The notes: generated from the sequence alone by a model not told the origin. A stretch of 64,000 nt of DNA from Luteimonas sp. (GCA_024707405.1 JANPZU010000006.1:53164-117163), one strand, 5' to 3'; shown: positions 18,969-28,573, numbered from the stretch's first letter. Made by a program: numbers and translations.

Positions 18969-20693
18969 ATGGCGCGTCCGCCCGTTGCCTTGCTGATGCT
19001 TGCGCTTTGCGCCTGTGGCGTCGCTGCCATGGATGAGCCACGGCAAGCGCACTACGATCTGCTGATCCGCAATGGCGTGGTCTACGACGGCAGCGGTGCG
19101 CCGCCGCAGCGGGTGGATGTGGCGGTGCGCGGCGACCGTATAGCGGCCCTGCTGCCCGCGGGGAGCGATGTGGTTGCCGCTCGCGTGCTGGACGCAAAGG
19201 GACACGCGGTCGCGCCGGGCTTCATCAACGTACTGAGCTGGGCGGTTGAATCGCTGATCGTCGATGGCCGCGGGGTGAGCGATACCAGGCAGGGCGTGAC
19301 GCTGGAGATCTTCGGTGAGGGCTGGTCGATGGGGCCGGTGAACGACCGGATGCGTGTCGATGCGCTGAAGCAGCAGGGCAGCCTGCGCTACGACATCGCC
19401 TGGACATCGTTTGGGGAGTACCTCGAGCACCTCGAAGAACGCGGCGTGACGCCGAACGTGGCGTCGTTCATCGGCGCAACCACGGTGCGCATCCACGAAC
19501 TTGGCGAGGACGATGTCCGGCCCGATGCCGCACAGCTCGCGCGCATGCAGGACATCGTGCGGGCGGCCATGGCCGAAGGCGCGCTGGGCGTCGGCAGCTC
19601 GTTGATCTATCCGCCGGCGACGTTCGCCGACACCGACGAACTCGTTGCGCTGGCGCAGGCAGCGGGAGAGTCCGGTGGCGGCTACGTCTCGCACATGCGC
19701 AGCGAGGCCGACCGCTTCCTCGAAGCCGTCGATGAACTCGTCACCATCGCGCGCGCCACGGGCCAGCGCGCGGAGGCATACCACCTCAAGGCCGCCGGCG
19801 AAAAGAACTGGCCGAAGATGGCGCAGGCAATCGCGAAGATCGAAGCCGCGCGCACGCAGGGGCTGCAAGTCAGCGCCAACATGTACGCCTACACCGCCGG
19901 AGGAACCGGATTGACGGCGGGCTTGCCGCCATGGGTGCAGGCCGGCGGCCATGATGCGATGGTGGCGCGGTTGGCGGATGCCGACGTGCGCGCGCGCGTC
20001 GTTGCCGACATGCGTGATCCCGATGCCGGATGGGAAAACATCCGACTGCTCGCGGGATCGGACGAGCGCGTCGTCCTGATCGACGTCAGGACTCCGGCAT
20101 TGAAGCCGCTGATCGGCAGGACACTGGCTGAGGTCGCGCGCGAGCGCGGGGTCTCGGTCGAGGACGCCATCATCGACCTGATCATCGAGGATGATTCTCG
20201 CGTAGGCGCGGCGTACTTCCTGATGAGCGAGGACAACGTGGAGCTCGGGTTGCGCCAGCCCTGGGTGAGTCTGGGCTCTGACGCGGAATCGTCGGCGCCG
20301 GAGGGCGTGTTCCTGGAGTCGAGCACGCATCCACGCGCCTACGGCAACGCGGCGCGGTTCCTGGGGCACTACGTGCGCGATCGCAAGCTGATGTCCCTGG
20401 AGGAGGGGATCCATCGCATGACCGGCCTGCCGGCTGCGAACTGGAAGCTGGCGGATCGCGGCTGCCTTCGGCCGGGCTGCTTCGCGGACATCGTGGTGTT
20501 CGATCCGACCGCCATTGCCGACCGCGCCACCTACGACAAGCCGCAGCAATACGCCGTGGGTGTTTCCGATGTCTTCGTCAACGGCGTGCAGGTGTTGCGC
20601 GACGGTGAGCACACGGGCGCCTTGCCTGGCAGGGTGGTGCGTGGCCCGGGTTGGACGGGTGGCGCGGCGTCACGCCAGCAGGCTACGCCATGA
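18969..20693 (+). CDS. N-acyl-D-amino-acid deacylase (D-aminoacylase) family amidohydrolase, probable lipoprotein
   Basis: Signal with Cys (LMLALCACG). YDLLIRNGVVYDGSG...VAVRGDRIAAL and APGFINV are typical of the Amidohydro_3 D-aminoacylase family. Confidence 0.85.
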   Translation: MARPPVALLMLALCACGVAAMDEPRQAHYDLLIRNGVVYDGSGAPPQRVDVAVRGDRIAALLPAGSDVVAARVLDAKGHAVAPGFINVLSWAVESLIVDGRGVSDTRQGVTLEIFGEGWSMGPVNDRMRVDALKQQGSLRYDIAWTSFGEYLEHLEERGVTPNVASFIGATTVRIHELGEDDVRPDAAQLARMQDIVRAAMAEGALGVGSSLIYPPATFADTDELVALAQAAGESGGGYVSHMRSEADRFLEAVDELVTIARATGQRAEAYHLKAAGEKNWPKMAQAIAKIEAARTQGLQVSANMYAYTAGGTGLTAGLPPWVQAGGHDAMVARLADADVRARVVADMRDPDAGWENIRLLAGSDERVVLIDVRTPALKPLIGRTLAEVARERGVSVEDAIIDLIIEDDSRVGAAYFLMSEDNVELGLRQPWVSLGSDAESSAPEGVFLESSTHPRAYGNAARFLGHYVRDRKLMSLEEGIHRMTGLPAANWKLADRGCLRPGCFADIVVFDPTAIADRATYDKPQQYAVGVSDVFVNGVQVLRDGEHTGALPGRVVRGPGWTGGAASRQQATP

Positions 20694-20706
20694 TTTTCCA
20701 TGTGTA

Positions 20707-20750
20707 TTGACAATTCTCTGATTAGGATCATTATAACCTGAACAGGACTG
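20707..20750 (+). promoter_or_regulatory. near-consensus sigma70 promoter with embedded palindrome (copy 2)
   Basis: Same 28 nt as 14497-14524 (TTGACA-17 nt-ATTATA). Starts 14 nt after the D-aminoacylase stop and ~70 nt upstream of the receptor ATG. Confidence 0.6.
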
Positions 20751-20806
20751 CGCCATGCCGGGTAGGCGAATCCGCTGCCCCGAGCGCCGATGACCCCGGA
20801 GGCCCG

Positions 20807-23158
20807 ATGAACGTGTTCCAGCCCGCGCAGCCGCGCAATCGCTCCCCGCTTTTCCTCTCGATCGCCGCTGCCTTGGCATTCGTCAGCCTGCCTGCGGTGG
20901 CGCAGGACACGTCGACCGCGGTCGCGCCACCTGAGTCGCAGCGTTCCGACAACGCGGTCTCGCTGGACTCGGTGGTGGTCACGGCCAACAAGCGCGTCGA
21001 GAATGTCCGTGACGTGGGCGCGTCGATCAGCGTGATTGGCGAGCGCCAACTCGAAGGCATCGGTGCGGTTTCGCTGACCGACTATGCCGCGCTCATCCCC
21101 GGCCTGCAGATCCAGAGCGATGGCAGCCCCGGATTGACTCGTGTCTCGCTGCGCGGCATCGCCGCGCTGTCCTCGGGGGCGACGGTGGCGACCTACATCG
21201 ACGAGGTTCCCGTCGGCTCCAGCGGCATCTATCAGGGCGCGAGCTCGTTGATGCTGGATCTGCTGCCGTATGACATCAGCCGGATCGAGGTGCTGCGCGG
21301 GCCGCAAGGCACGTTGTACGGGGCAGGCGCGATCGGCGGCTTGCTCAAGTACGTCACGCGCGTCCCCGACCCGGCGGACGACGAGGTGCGCGTCGGCCTT
21401 GGCCTGCGATCGGTCAGCGGTGGCGAGCAGGACTGGAATGCACGCTTCGGCGCGAGCCTGCCGCTGTCCAACGAGCGCATGGGACTCCGGGTGAGCGCTG
21501 CGCGCAACGGCATTCCGGGGTTCGTCGACAACGCCGTCGATGGCGGCCGCAACATCAACAGTGGCGAACAGATCGGTGCGCGCGCGGCGTTGTCCTGGAA
21601 CGGCGATGCCTTCGACGCCAACCTTTCCGTGCTCCATCAGCGCACACGCAGCGACGACCGCGCCAGCGTGGCGCTTGATCCTGCGACGCAAAGCCCGCTG
21701 GGCGGTGATTTTGAAACCCAGGCATGGCAGCCGCGGCCGTTCTCGAAAGACCTGACCTTGTTCTCGCTCAGCCTGGATTGGGATCTGGGCTGGGGCAACT
21801 TCGTGTCGGCGACCGGCTGGTCGGAGACCAGCACGATGGATCAGATCGATGCGACCGTGCAGTTCGGCGAAGTCGCCAACCTGATGCTGGGCCTGCCGGA
21901 ACCGGGCAGTTCGTTCGTGCGATACGACTTCGACCTCGACAAGATCACGCAGGAGTTCCGGCTGACTTCCAAGGGTGGTGGTGCCTTCGAGTGGATGGTC
22001 GGCGCGTTCTACACCAGGGAAGATGCGCAACAGAGCCAGTTTGCGTGGCTGGGGCAGCGTGACGGCTCACCGCTGCCGCCACCACTGGATACGCAGTTCG
22101 GCACGTTGGCGATCATCGGCCTGCCCAGCACGTACAAGGAGGTAGCGCTGTTCGCCAATGTCTCCTGGCGGTTCGGCGAACGTTTCAAGCTCGACGCAGG
22201 CCTGCGCCAGGCGCGCAACGATCAGTGGTTCAGCCAGAACGTCCCAGAAGGCATCCTTGCGCCGATCGGCGAAGCGCCCGGTGAATCCAGCGAGAACGTG
22301 TTCACCTGGAGCCTGAGCCCGCAGTTCAAGCTCGCGGACGACGTGATGCTGTACGCCCGCATCGCAACCGGCTACCAGCCCGGTGGGCCGAACGTGGCGC
22401 TGCTGGGCATGCCGCCGCAGGTGGACTCGTCGATGCTCGACAGCTACGAGGTCGGCCTCAAATCGCAGTTCGCCGACCGTCGCGTCACCCTCGATGTCTC
22501 CGCGTACCGGATCGACTGGGAGGACATCCAGGTGGCCTCGTCGTTCAACGGCGTCGGTGGACTGGTCAATGGTGGCGAGGCGACCAGCCAGGGCTTCGAG
22601 CTCACGTCGTTGTTCCAGGCCAGCGATGCATGGTTGCTCGGCTTCAATGCGGCCTACACCGATGCGACCATCAAGAATGATTTCACCCCGACCGTGATCC
22701 CGCAGGACGGTTACGACGTGATCCTGTGGACGGGGCTTGCCGGCGATCGCATGCCCTATTCGCCGAAGTGGTCGGCGGCCGCGACCGCCGAGTACGGCTT
22801 CTCCACGTCCAACGGTTTCAACGGGCAAGTGGGCGCGGCCCTGCGCTGGGTAGGCGAGCGACTCAACGACACGACGGAACGGCAGCGCGTGACCGCTCCC
22901 GGCGATCCAGGCACCTTGCTCATCCCCGATGAGGTCGCCGTGCCGCTGTCGCTGGCCAGTTACCGCTCGCTCGACCTGTACGCGGGGGTCGGCAGGAACA
23001 ACTGGGAGTTGCGCGCATACGTCAACAACGTCACCGGCGAGGACGCCTGGTTGTCGATGAGCCCCCTGTCCAGCGCGTTCGGCGGGCCGGCGCAGCAAAT
23101 TTCCGCGGTGCCGATCCAGCCACGCACGTTCGGCATCGAGATCGACTTCCGTTTCTGA
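20807..23158 (+). CDS. TonB-dependent outer-membrane receptor
   Basis: Signal peptide. TonB box/plug (LDSVVVTANKR, VLRGPQGTLYGAGAIGG). C-terminus FGIEIDFRF*. Confidence 0.9.
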   Translation: MNVFQPAQPRNRSPLFLSIAAALAFVSLPAVAQDTSTAVAPPESQRSDNAVSLDSVVVTANKRVENVRDVGASISVIGERQLEGIGAVSLTDYAALIPGLQIQSDGSPGLTRVSLRGIAALSSGATVATYIDEVPVGSSGIYQGASSLMLDLLPYDISRIEVLRGPQGTLYGAGAIGGLLKYVTRVPDPADDEVRVGLGLRSVSGGEQDWNARFGASLPLSNERMGLRVSAARNGIPGFVDNAVDGGRNINSGEQIGARAALSWNGDAFDANLSVLHQRTRSDDRASVALDPATQSPLGGDFETQAWQPRPFSKDLTLFSLSLDWDLGWGNFVSATGWSETSTMDQIDATVQFGEVANLMLGLPEPGSSFVRYDFDLDKITQEFRLTSKGGGAFEWMVGAFYTREDAQQSQFAWLGQRDGSPLPPPLDTQFGTLAIIGLPSTYKEVALFANVSWRFGERFKLDAGLRQARNDQWFSQNVPEGILAPIGEAPGESSENVFTWSLSPQFKLADDVMLYARIATGYQPGGPNVALLGMPPQVDSSMLDSYEVGLKSQFADRRVTLDVSAYRIDWEDIQVASSFNGVGGLVNGGEATSQGFELTSLFQASDAWLLGFNAAYTDATIKNDFTPTVIPQDGYDVILWTGLAGDRMPYSPKWSAAATAEYGFSTSNGFNGQVGAALRWVGERLNDTTERQRVTAPGDPGTLLIPDEVAVPLSLASYRSLDLYAGVGRNNWELRAYVNNVTGEDAWLSMSPLSSAFGGPAQQISAVPIQPRTFGIEIDFRF

Positions 23159-23172
23159 TTCCACTCCGCGTC

Positions 23173-23191
23173 GGGCCGCTGGTGGCGGCCC
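23173..23191 (+). terminator. GC-rich hairpin after the receptor gene (weak U-tract)
   Basis: GGGCCGC-tggtg-GCGGCCC followed by TGTTC. Lies 15 nt after the stop codon. Confidence 0.35.
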
Positions 23192-23215
23192 TGTTCAAGG
23201 ATCCGGACACCCCCC

Positions 23216-24256
23216 ATGCAGACCGTCGTCACGCAGTTGCGCGAGGTCGAAGCGCTTCCGCAGCCGTACCTGCTCTTCCTCGGCGACACCACGCAGCCCG
23301 GCTACGCCAAGACGGCGTTTGGCCTGCGTGACTGGGCGCGGGTGCGTTGCGTCGGTGAGTACGCATGCGAAGGCGCGACGGTCGGCACCGGGCTGCCATT
23401 CATGACGCCGGTGCAGGCGCGGGTTGCGGGCGCGCGCGCGTTGGTCATCGGCGTGGCCAATCCGGGCGGCCATATCCCGGCGACATGGTTGCCGGCGCTG
23501 CTGGATGCCCTGCATGCAGGGCTGGATCTGATCGGCGGGATGCATGCAAGGCTTGGTGCGATCGAATCATTGCGCAATGCCGCGCTGGTGCACGGGCGAC
23601 GGCTGATCGACGTGCGCGAGCCCCCGGCAGGCCTGCCCGTCGCCAGTGGCCGCAAGCGCAGTGGTCGTCGCTTGTTGACGGTGGGCACGGATTGCGCGCT
23701 TGGCAAGAAGTACACCGCGCTCTCGATCGTGCGTGCATTGCGTGAGCGCGACATCGATGCCGACTTCCGTGCCAGCGGACAGACCGGCATCCTGATCGCG
23801 GGTGGGGGCATGCCGATGGATGCCGTGGTCGCGGACTTTGCAGCTGGCGCTGCCGAAGCGTTGTCGCCCGATGCAGGCGCTGAGCACTGGGACGTGATCG
23901 AAGGGCAGGGATCGCTGTCGCATCCGGCGTATGCGGGGGTATCGCTGGCGCTGCTGCATGGCAGCCAGCCGGATGTGATCGTGGTATGCCATGAACACGG
24001 GCGCGAGCGCATGCTGGGCCATGAGCACTATGCGGTGCCCTCGCTCGAAGAGACGATCGACATTGCATTGCGCCTGGGGGCACGCACCAATCCGGCGATC
24101 CGCTGTGCCGGTGTCAGCCTCAATACCGGACAGCTCGAGGAAGGCGCCGCACGTCTGGCAATCGAGGAGGTCGGTGCGCGCCTGGGGTTGCCGGTCGCCG
24201 ATCCGATGCGTGGGGGCGGATCCTTCGAGCGGCTGGTCGATGCCTGCCTGGCTTGA
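23216..24256 (+). CDS. DUF1611-family protein (DgcN-like)
   Basis: 346 aa. VGTDCALGKKYTAL P-loop-like motif and overall DUF1611 layout. This family is commonly paired with dipeptide epimerases. Confidence 0.8.
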   Translation: MQTVVTQLREVEALPQPYLLFLGDTTQPGYAKTAFGLRDWARVRCVGEYACEGATVGTGLPFMTPVQARVAGARALVIGVANPGGHIPATWLPALLDALHAGLDLIGGMHARLGAIESLRNAALVHGRRLIDVREPPAGLPVASGRKRSGRRLLTVGTDCALGKKYTALSIVRALRERDIDADFRASGQTGILIAGGGMPMDAVVADFAAGAAEALSPDAGAEHWDVIEGQGSLSHPAYAGVSLALLHGSQPDVIVVCHEHGRERMLGHEHYAVPSLEETIDIALRLGARTNPAIRCAGVSLNTGQLEEGAARLAIEEVGARLGLPVADPMRGGGSFERLVDACLA

Positions 24257-24316
24257 GCATCGCGACCATGCGCCTTGCACCCGAGACATGAATTGCCAGC
24301 CGGAGGGGGACTGCGA

Positions 24317-25906
24317 ATGACCATGGGTTTCGGAATGCGGCATGTCCCCGCGTTGCTTGTCCTGTTGTTCTCCTGCATCGGTGTCGCCGGCGCGTCGTCC
24401 GGGGATGTCGACGCGCGGATCCTGGAGGCCATGCAATCACGCGACGTGCCTGGCATGGCGATTGCCATCGTCAAGGATGGCGAGGTCATACATGCGAAGG
24501 GATATGGCGTGCGTGCGCTCGGTTCGCAGGCGCGCGTCGATGCCGACACGATCTTCCCCACGGGCTCCACCGGCAAGGCGGTGACCGCGGCGGCGCTCGC
24601 GATCCTCGTTGACGACGGCAAGCTGGGCTGGGACGACAAGGTAATCGACCATCTGCCGGATTTCCGCATGCACGACGCGTGGGTGACGCGCGAGATGACC
24701 GTGCGCGACCTGCTGCTGCATCGCAGTGGGCTGGGCCTGGGGGCGGGAGACTTGCTGTTCATTCCGCGGACCTCGCGCAGTCGCGTCGACATCGTCAAGG
24801 CGTTGCGCCACATCGAACCTGCGACGAGTTTCCGCAGCGGCTATGCCTACGACAACATCCTCTACATCGTCGCCGGCGAACTTGTGACGCAGGTCAGCGG
24901 ACAGCCGTGGGAAACATTCGTGCGCGAACGAGTCTTCGCACCGCTGGGGATGGCGACCGCCGTCAGTGACGAAAACGATCGATTTGCCAACGACAATCGC
25001 GTCCAGCCCCACGCGCGCCTTGATCCGCGCTTGCGTGGCCTGGGCGGGCAGCAGGTGCTGCCTGAGCGCGAAGGGTTGGGACAGGTGGGTGCGCCTGCCG
25101 GTGGACTGTCGTGGAGTGCGAACGACTTCGCGCGGTGGATGCAGGTGCAACTCGCGCTTGGCGTGGTGCCTGGCGCCGGAGGCAGGCGGCTCTGGAGCGA
25201 AGCCAACGCACGCGAAATGTGGACGCCGCAGGTGACGATGCCGATCCGCCCCTTCCCGGCGCCGATCAGCGACATCACCCCGCAGTTCTCCGGTTACGGA
25301 CTGGGATGGGGCGTGCAGGACTATCGTGGCGTCAAGGTCGTCCAGCACGGTGGCGCCGTGTTCGGCGTGCTGGCGTTCGTGGTACTGGTGCCCGAACACA
25401 ATCTCGGTATCTCGCTACAGATCAACAGCGAGGACGTGGAGGTGATGCGCGGCATCGGCTACGAACTGCTCGACCATTACCTCGGTTTCGAGCCGCGTGA
25501 CTGGGTGGCGGCCTTTTCCGAATGGAATCAGGCGCGCCTGGCGGGTGGCCTGGCAGCGCTGGAGGGCATGGGCAAGGCTGCGCGGAGGGCTACGCGCCCG
25601 TCGCTGCCCGCCGCCGGCTACGCGGGCGAGTACGTGGATGCATGGTATGGGCCGATCACCATCACTGCGCAAGGCAGTGGATTGCGCATCGACTTCAGGC
25701 AGACACCGAACATGGTCGGTACTCTCACGCACTGGCAGTACGACACCTTTCGCGCCGACTGGGACGACGCTTCGATCGAGCCTGCGTACGTGACGTTCGC
25801 GCTCGACGCCGAAGGCAAGGTCGCGCGGATCACCATGAAGGCGGTATCACCTGTCGCCGATTTCAGCTACGACTACCACGACCTGTCGTTCGAGCCCGCT
25901 GGGTAG
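24317..25906 (+). CDS. secreted beta-lactamase-fold serine hydrolase with C-terminal beta-domain
   Basis: GGAGG-N9-ATG at 24317. Signal peptide. SxxK (STGK), YxN (YDN) and HGG motifs. Confidence 0.85.
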   Translation: MTMGFGMRHVPALLVLLFSCIGVAGASSGDVDARILEAMQSRDVPGMAIAIVKDGEVIHAKGYGVRALGSQARVDADTIFPTGSTGKAVTAAALAILVDDGKLGWDDKVIDHLPDFRMHDAWVTREMTVRDLLLHRSGLGLGAGDLLFIPRTSRSRVDIVKALRHIEPATSFRSGYAYDNILYIVAGELVTQVSGQPWETFVRERVFAPLGMATAVSDENDRFANDNRVQPHARLDPRLRGLGGQQVLPEREGLGQVGAPAGGLSWSANDFARWMQVQLALGVVPGAGGRRLWSEANAREMWTPQVTMPIRPFPAPISDITPQFSGYGLGWGVQDYRGVKVVQHGGAVFGVLAFVVLVPEHNLGISLQINSEDVEVMRGIGYELLDHYLGFEPRDWVAAFSEWNQARLAGGLAALEGMGKAARRATRPSLPAAGYAGEYVDAWYGPITITAQGSGLRIDFRQTPNMVGTLTHWQYDTFRADWDDASIEPAYVTFALDAEGKVARITMKAVSPVADFSYDYHDLSFEPAG

Positions 25907-26164
25907 CAGCGATATTCCGGCGTCGAGGATGATCCTTTAGTCCGACGGACGTGCCCGTGGTTGGCGTGAAGAATGGATGCGCGAACGATGGCATCAAGGT
26001 CGCGCATGACCAGGGTCTGGCGAATACCCGGGTCAATCCGAGCAGGATTCGCAACGCATCTCGGAGTTGGTTACGGATAGCAGGATCCGAGGCGGCGTTT
26101 CCTGTTCGTCTCGGGTAATGCCGAATGACTGGGCATGCTGATCGATACATGCCCGGGGTTCGTC

Positions 26165-26885
26165 ATGAACTCGATCGTTCCGTTCCAGAAGCCCAATCAC
26201 CGCCAGGGACCTACCCTGGCCAAGTTCACGTGTGACTGGTTCGACCAGGCGTCGCTTGGCTGGCGGGACAGCACCGTCCGCCGGGTCAAGTCGATCATCG
26301 ACATGCATCTGCTTCCGGTGCTCGAGGCGTTTCCGGAATCGGGCATGACGCGTCGGGACGTGATGACGCTGCGCGCAGATCTCATGCGAGGGAGAGGGCC
26401 GTCAGGCAAGCCATGCAGCAACATCCGCACCAACAGCATTGTGCAGGTGCTCAACCAGATGTTGGTCGAGCGGCAACGGCAACTGGATATTGCCAACCCA
26501 TGCGCAGGCATTCGATCAATTCCGACACGCAAACCGGACGTCCATCCATTCACGCTGCCCGAACTCAGGCTTCTCGTCGAGGTGGCACCAGAGCGCCTCA
26601 AGCCCTACCTGTGGGTGCGCGGCATCCTTGGCCTGCGCTCAGGCGAGGCGAATGGATTGATGTGGGACTGCGTTGATTTTGATGCTGGAACCATCGAGAT
26701 CAAGCGTTCGCGGTCGACGGTACGGATCGCCTGCCGAAGAACCAGTACTCGGAGCGCATCATCCGGCTGACGCCATCGGTGCTCGGTTCGATGAAGCGAG
26801 CTTGGGAGTTCACGGGAAGCGAAGGCGACTACGTCTTCAAAAGCAAGCGTGGGAAGCCGCTCGACATCCAGAATTTCGCTCGGCG
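26165..26885 (+). pseudogene. tyrosine recombinase/phage integrase remnant (frameshifted, truncated, IS-interrupted)
   Basis: SAM-like N-domain and GLRSGEANGL (first catalytic Arg). Frame changes near 26710 (IEIKRSRS / VDGTDRLPKNQYSERIIRL). The HxxR and Tyr region is absent. Cut by the IS at 26886. Confidence 0.75.
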
Positions 26886-26952
26886 TGACTGGGGTTCACC
26901 CCCGTTTTCACGGACACTTACGAGAAGGCCGATCGAGGCCTGAGGAGTGTTC

Positions 26953-27240
26953 ATGTCGAAGCGAAGGAAGTTCAGCGCCGAGTTCAAGCGCGGTGCTATT
27001 GAGCAGGCCAGCCAGCCGGGTGTGAGCTGTGCCCAAGTGGCCCGGGAGTTGGGGATCCGCGACACCCTGTTGACCCGCTGGAAGCGGGAAGCCCAGAGCC
27101 AGGGGGTGGTGGCTCTGGGCGGCAGCGGGACGCCCCGGGACGAAGAGCTGGCCCGCCTCAAGCGCGAGCTGGCCCGGGTGAGGAAGGAACGGGATTTTTT
27201 GCGAGAAGCGGCGACGTTCTTTGCCAAGGGATCATCCTGA
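26953..27240 (+). CDS. IS3-family transposase OrfA (HTH)
   Basis: [19 protein letters not shown]...[12 protein letters not shown] plus a leucine-zipper-like C-terminus. Confidence 0.85.
   Translation: MSKRRKFSAEFKRGAIEQASQPGVSCAQVARELGIRDTLLTRWKREAQSQGVVALGGSGTPRDEELARLKRELARVRKERDFLREAATFFAKGSS
27195..27201 (+). promoter_or_regulatory. candidate -1 programmed frameshift slippery site (T TTT TTG)
   Basis: A T6G run near the end of orfA. The -1 frame runs straight into the orfB frame (27249 frame). Confidence 0.45.
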
Positions 27241-27248
27241 GGTATCAG

Positions 27249-28110
27249 GTGATCGAACGTTGCCGCGACGCGTTTCCGGTTCGACTGATGTGCCGCTGCC
27301 TGAAGGTGTCGGCCAGCGGTTACTACGACTGGAGCCAGCGACTGCCCAGCGCCCGACAGCGCGACAACCAGCGCCTGGCCGCGCGAATCCGCGAGATGCA
27401 CGAGGACAGCCGTGGCACTCTCGGCGCCGGTCGCATGCACGAAGACCTGGTCGATCAGGGCGAGTCGGCCAGCTTGAACCGCGTGGCGCGACTGATGGCG
27501 GCCGAGGGTTTGCAGGGCTGGCCGCGCCCGAAGCGGCGCGGTCAGCGCGGACGGCCGGCGCTCACGCCTCCGGGCGTGCGCAACCTGCTGGAGCGGGACT
27601 TCACCGCACTGGAGCCGGAGACCAAATGGGTCACCGACATCACTGAGATCAAAACAGGACAAGGCAAGCTGTATCTATGCATCGTGCTGGATTTGTCCGA
27701 CCAGCGCGTGGTGGGTTGGTCGATGCACCACAGGCAGGGACCGGCACATGGTGATCCGGGCGGTGCAGATGGCGGTATGGCAGCGGCAAGGCGCGGAGCC
27801 GGTGATCCTGCATTCCGATCGCGGCAGTCAATTCCGAAGCGGCGACTACCAGCGGTATCTGTCGAGAAACGGCCTGGTCTGTTCGATGAGCGCGGTGGGA
27901 CACTGCGGCGACAACGCGGCCTGCGAAGGGTTTTTCGGCGTGCTCAAGCGCGAGCGGATCTACCGCACGAAGTACCTGACACTCGATGCAGCGAAGACTG
28001 ATGTGTTCGAATACGTCGAGCGGTTCCATAACCCGAGGATGCGGCGAAGAGTCGCCAGGCGCGATCGGAAGTTCCAAGCTCTTTCACAACCGTCCGTGAT
28101 TTCGGGGTAG
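27249..28110 (+). pseudogene. IS3-family transposase OrfB (DDE), internally frameshifted
   Basis: [20 protein letters not shown]...WVTDITEI in one frame, then [13 protein letters not shown]...[12 protein letters not shown]...[11 protein letters not shown] in the +1 frame. The break is at the G-run near 27737. Confidence 0.8.
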
Positions 28111-28573
28111 AACCCGTAACGCGTGGCGTAGAAGAAGGCTAGTAAGTCCATACCAAAGCCCGCTGTTTGAGGTCGCGCCTGCCGACGTCATCGCGCTTTA
28201 CGGCGCCAGATGGCTTTCCATCAGGCAATGGCTTATTGCGAAGGATGATGGGCAGGCAACTGGCAGCGCCCTTGGCATGCCTGAGGCACGTGCTGCAGCG
28301 GTCGGCCACCTTGGGCAATTCATCAACGTGGGGTCGATCTGTCCACATCGTTGTGGCGTTCCTGTCCCCCGCCATTGGTAGAGTTTTTTGCCCACAGGTG
28401 ACGGCGCGCGCTTGCTCGCGAAGGCGGCTGATGCCAGACGAAAAACCCTGAGCGCATGGACAAATTTGGCGCGTTCCGGCGATGAAGCAGCACGCCAGCC
28501 GGACTCTCAGGCGGGGCAATCTGGAAATCCAATGGCGATGGACGCGGGCACGTCGTAACGCAAGGCCAGTAAC

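Larger units (their letters stand above)
26886..28120 (+). mobile_element. IS3-family insertion sequence (1235 bp), probably inactive
   Basis: Imperfect terminal IRs (TGACTGGGGTTCACCCCCGTTTTCACGGAC vs the reverse complement of ...GTCCGTGATTTCGGGGTAGAACCCGTAAC). Flanked by GCG/GCG 3-bp direct repeats. orfA/orfB layout. Confidence 0.8.

Noticed and set aside
17634-20612. Very long antisense ORFs in the track (e.g. 992 aa at 17634-20612 minus, 1036 aa at 32760-35870 plus, 729 aa at 10317-12506 minus, 461 aa at 2029-3414 minus)
   Set aside because: They are Arg/Ala/Gly/Pro-rich with no motifs, and each lies opposite a gene with clear family signatures. Stop-codon-poor antisense frames are expected at this G+C content.
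25907-26164. Lower-G+C 258-bp gap before the integrase, with short ORFs on both strands (e.g. ...IRQTLVMRDLDAIVRASILHANHG on the minus strand)
   Set aside because: No recognisable family and no start or RBS. It may be a gene fragment or an att region, but this is unsupported.
26673-26888. 71-aa ORF inside the integrase region
   Set aside because: It is in the third frame relative to the two integrase-like frames and has no similarity to anything. It is a by-product of the decayed gene.
28121-28573. Possible C-terminal remainder of the integrase, or another gene, between the IS and the tRNA terminator
   Set aside because: All six frames were read by eye. Only weak hints appeared (PYQ, VGH), with no HxxR...Y catalytic pattern, and the composition is not convincing. 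Left unannotated.
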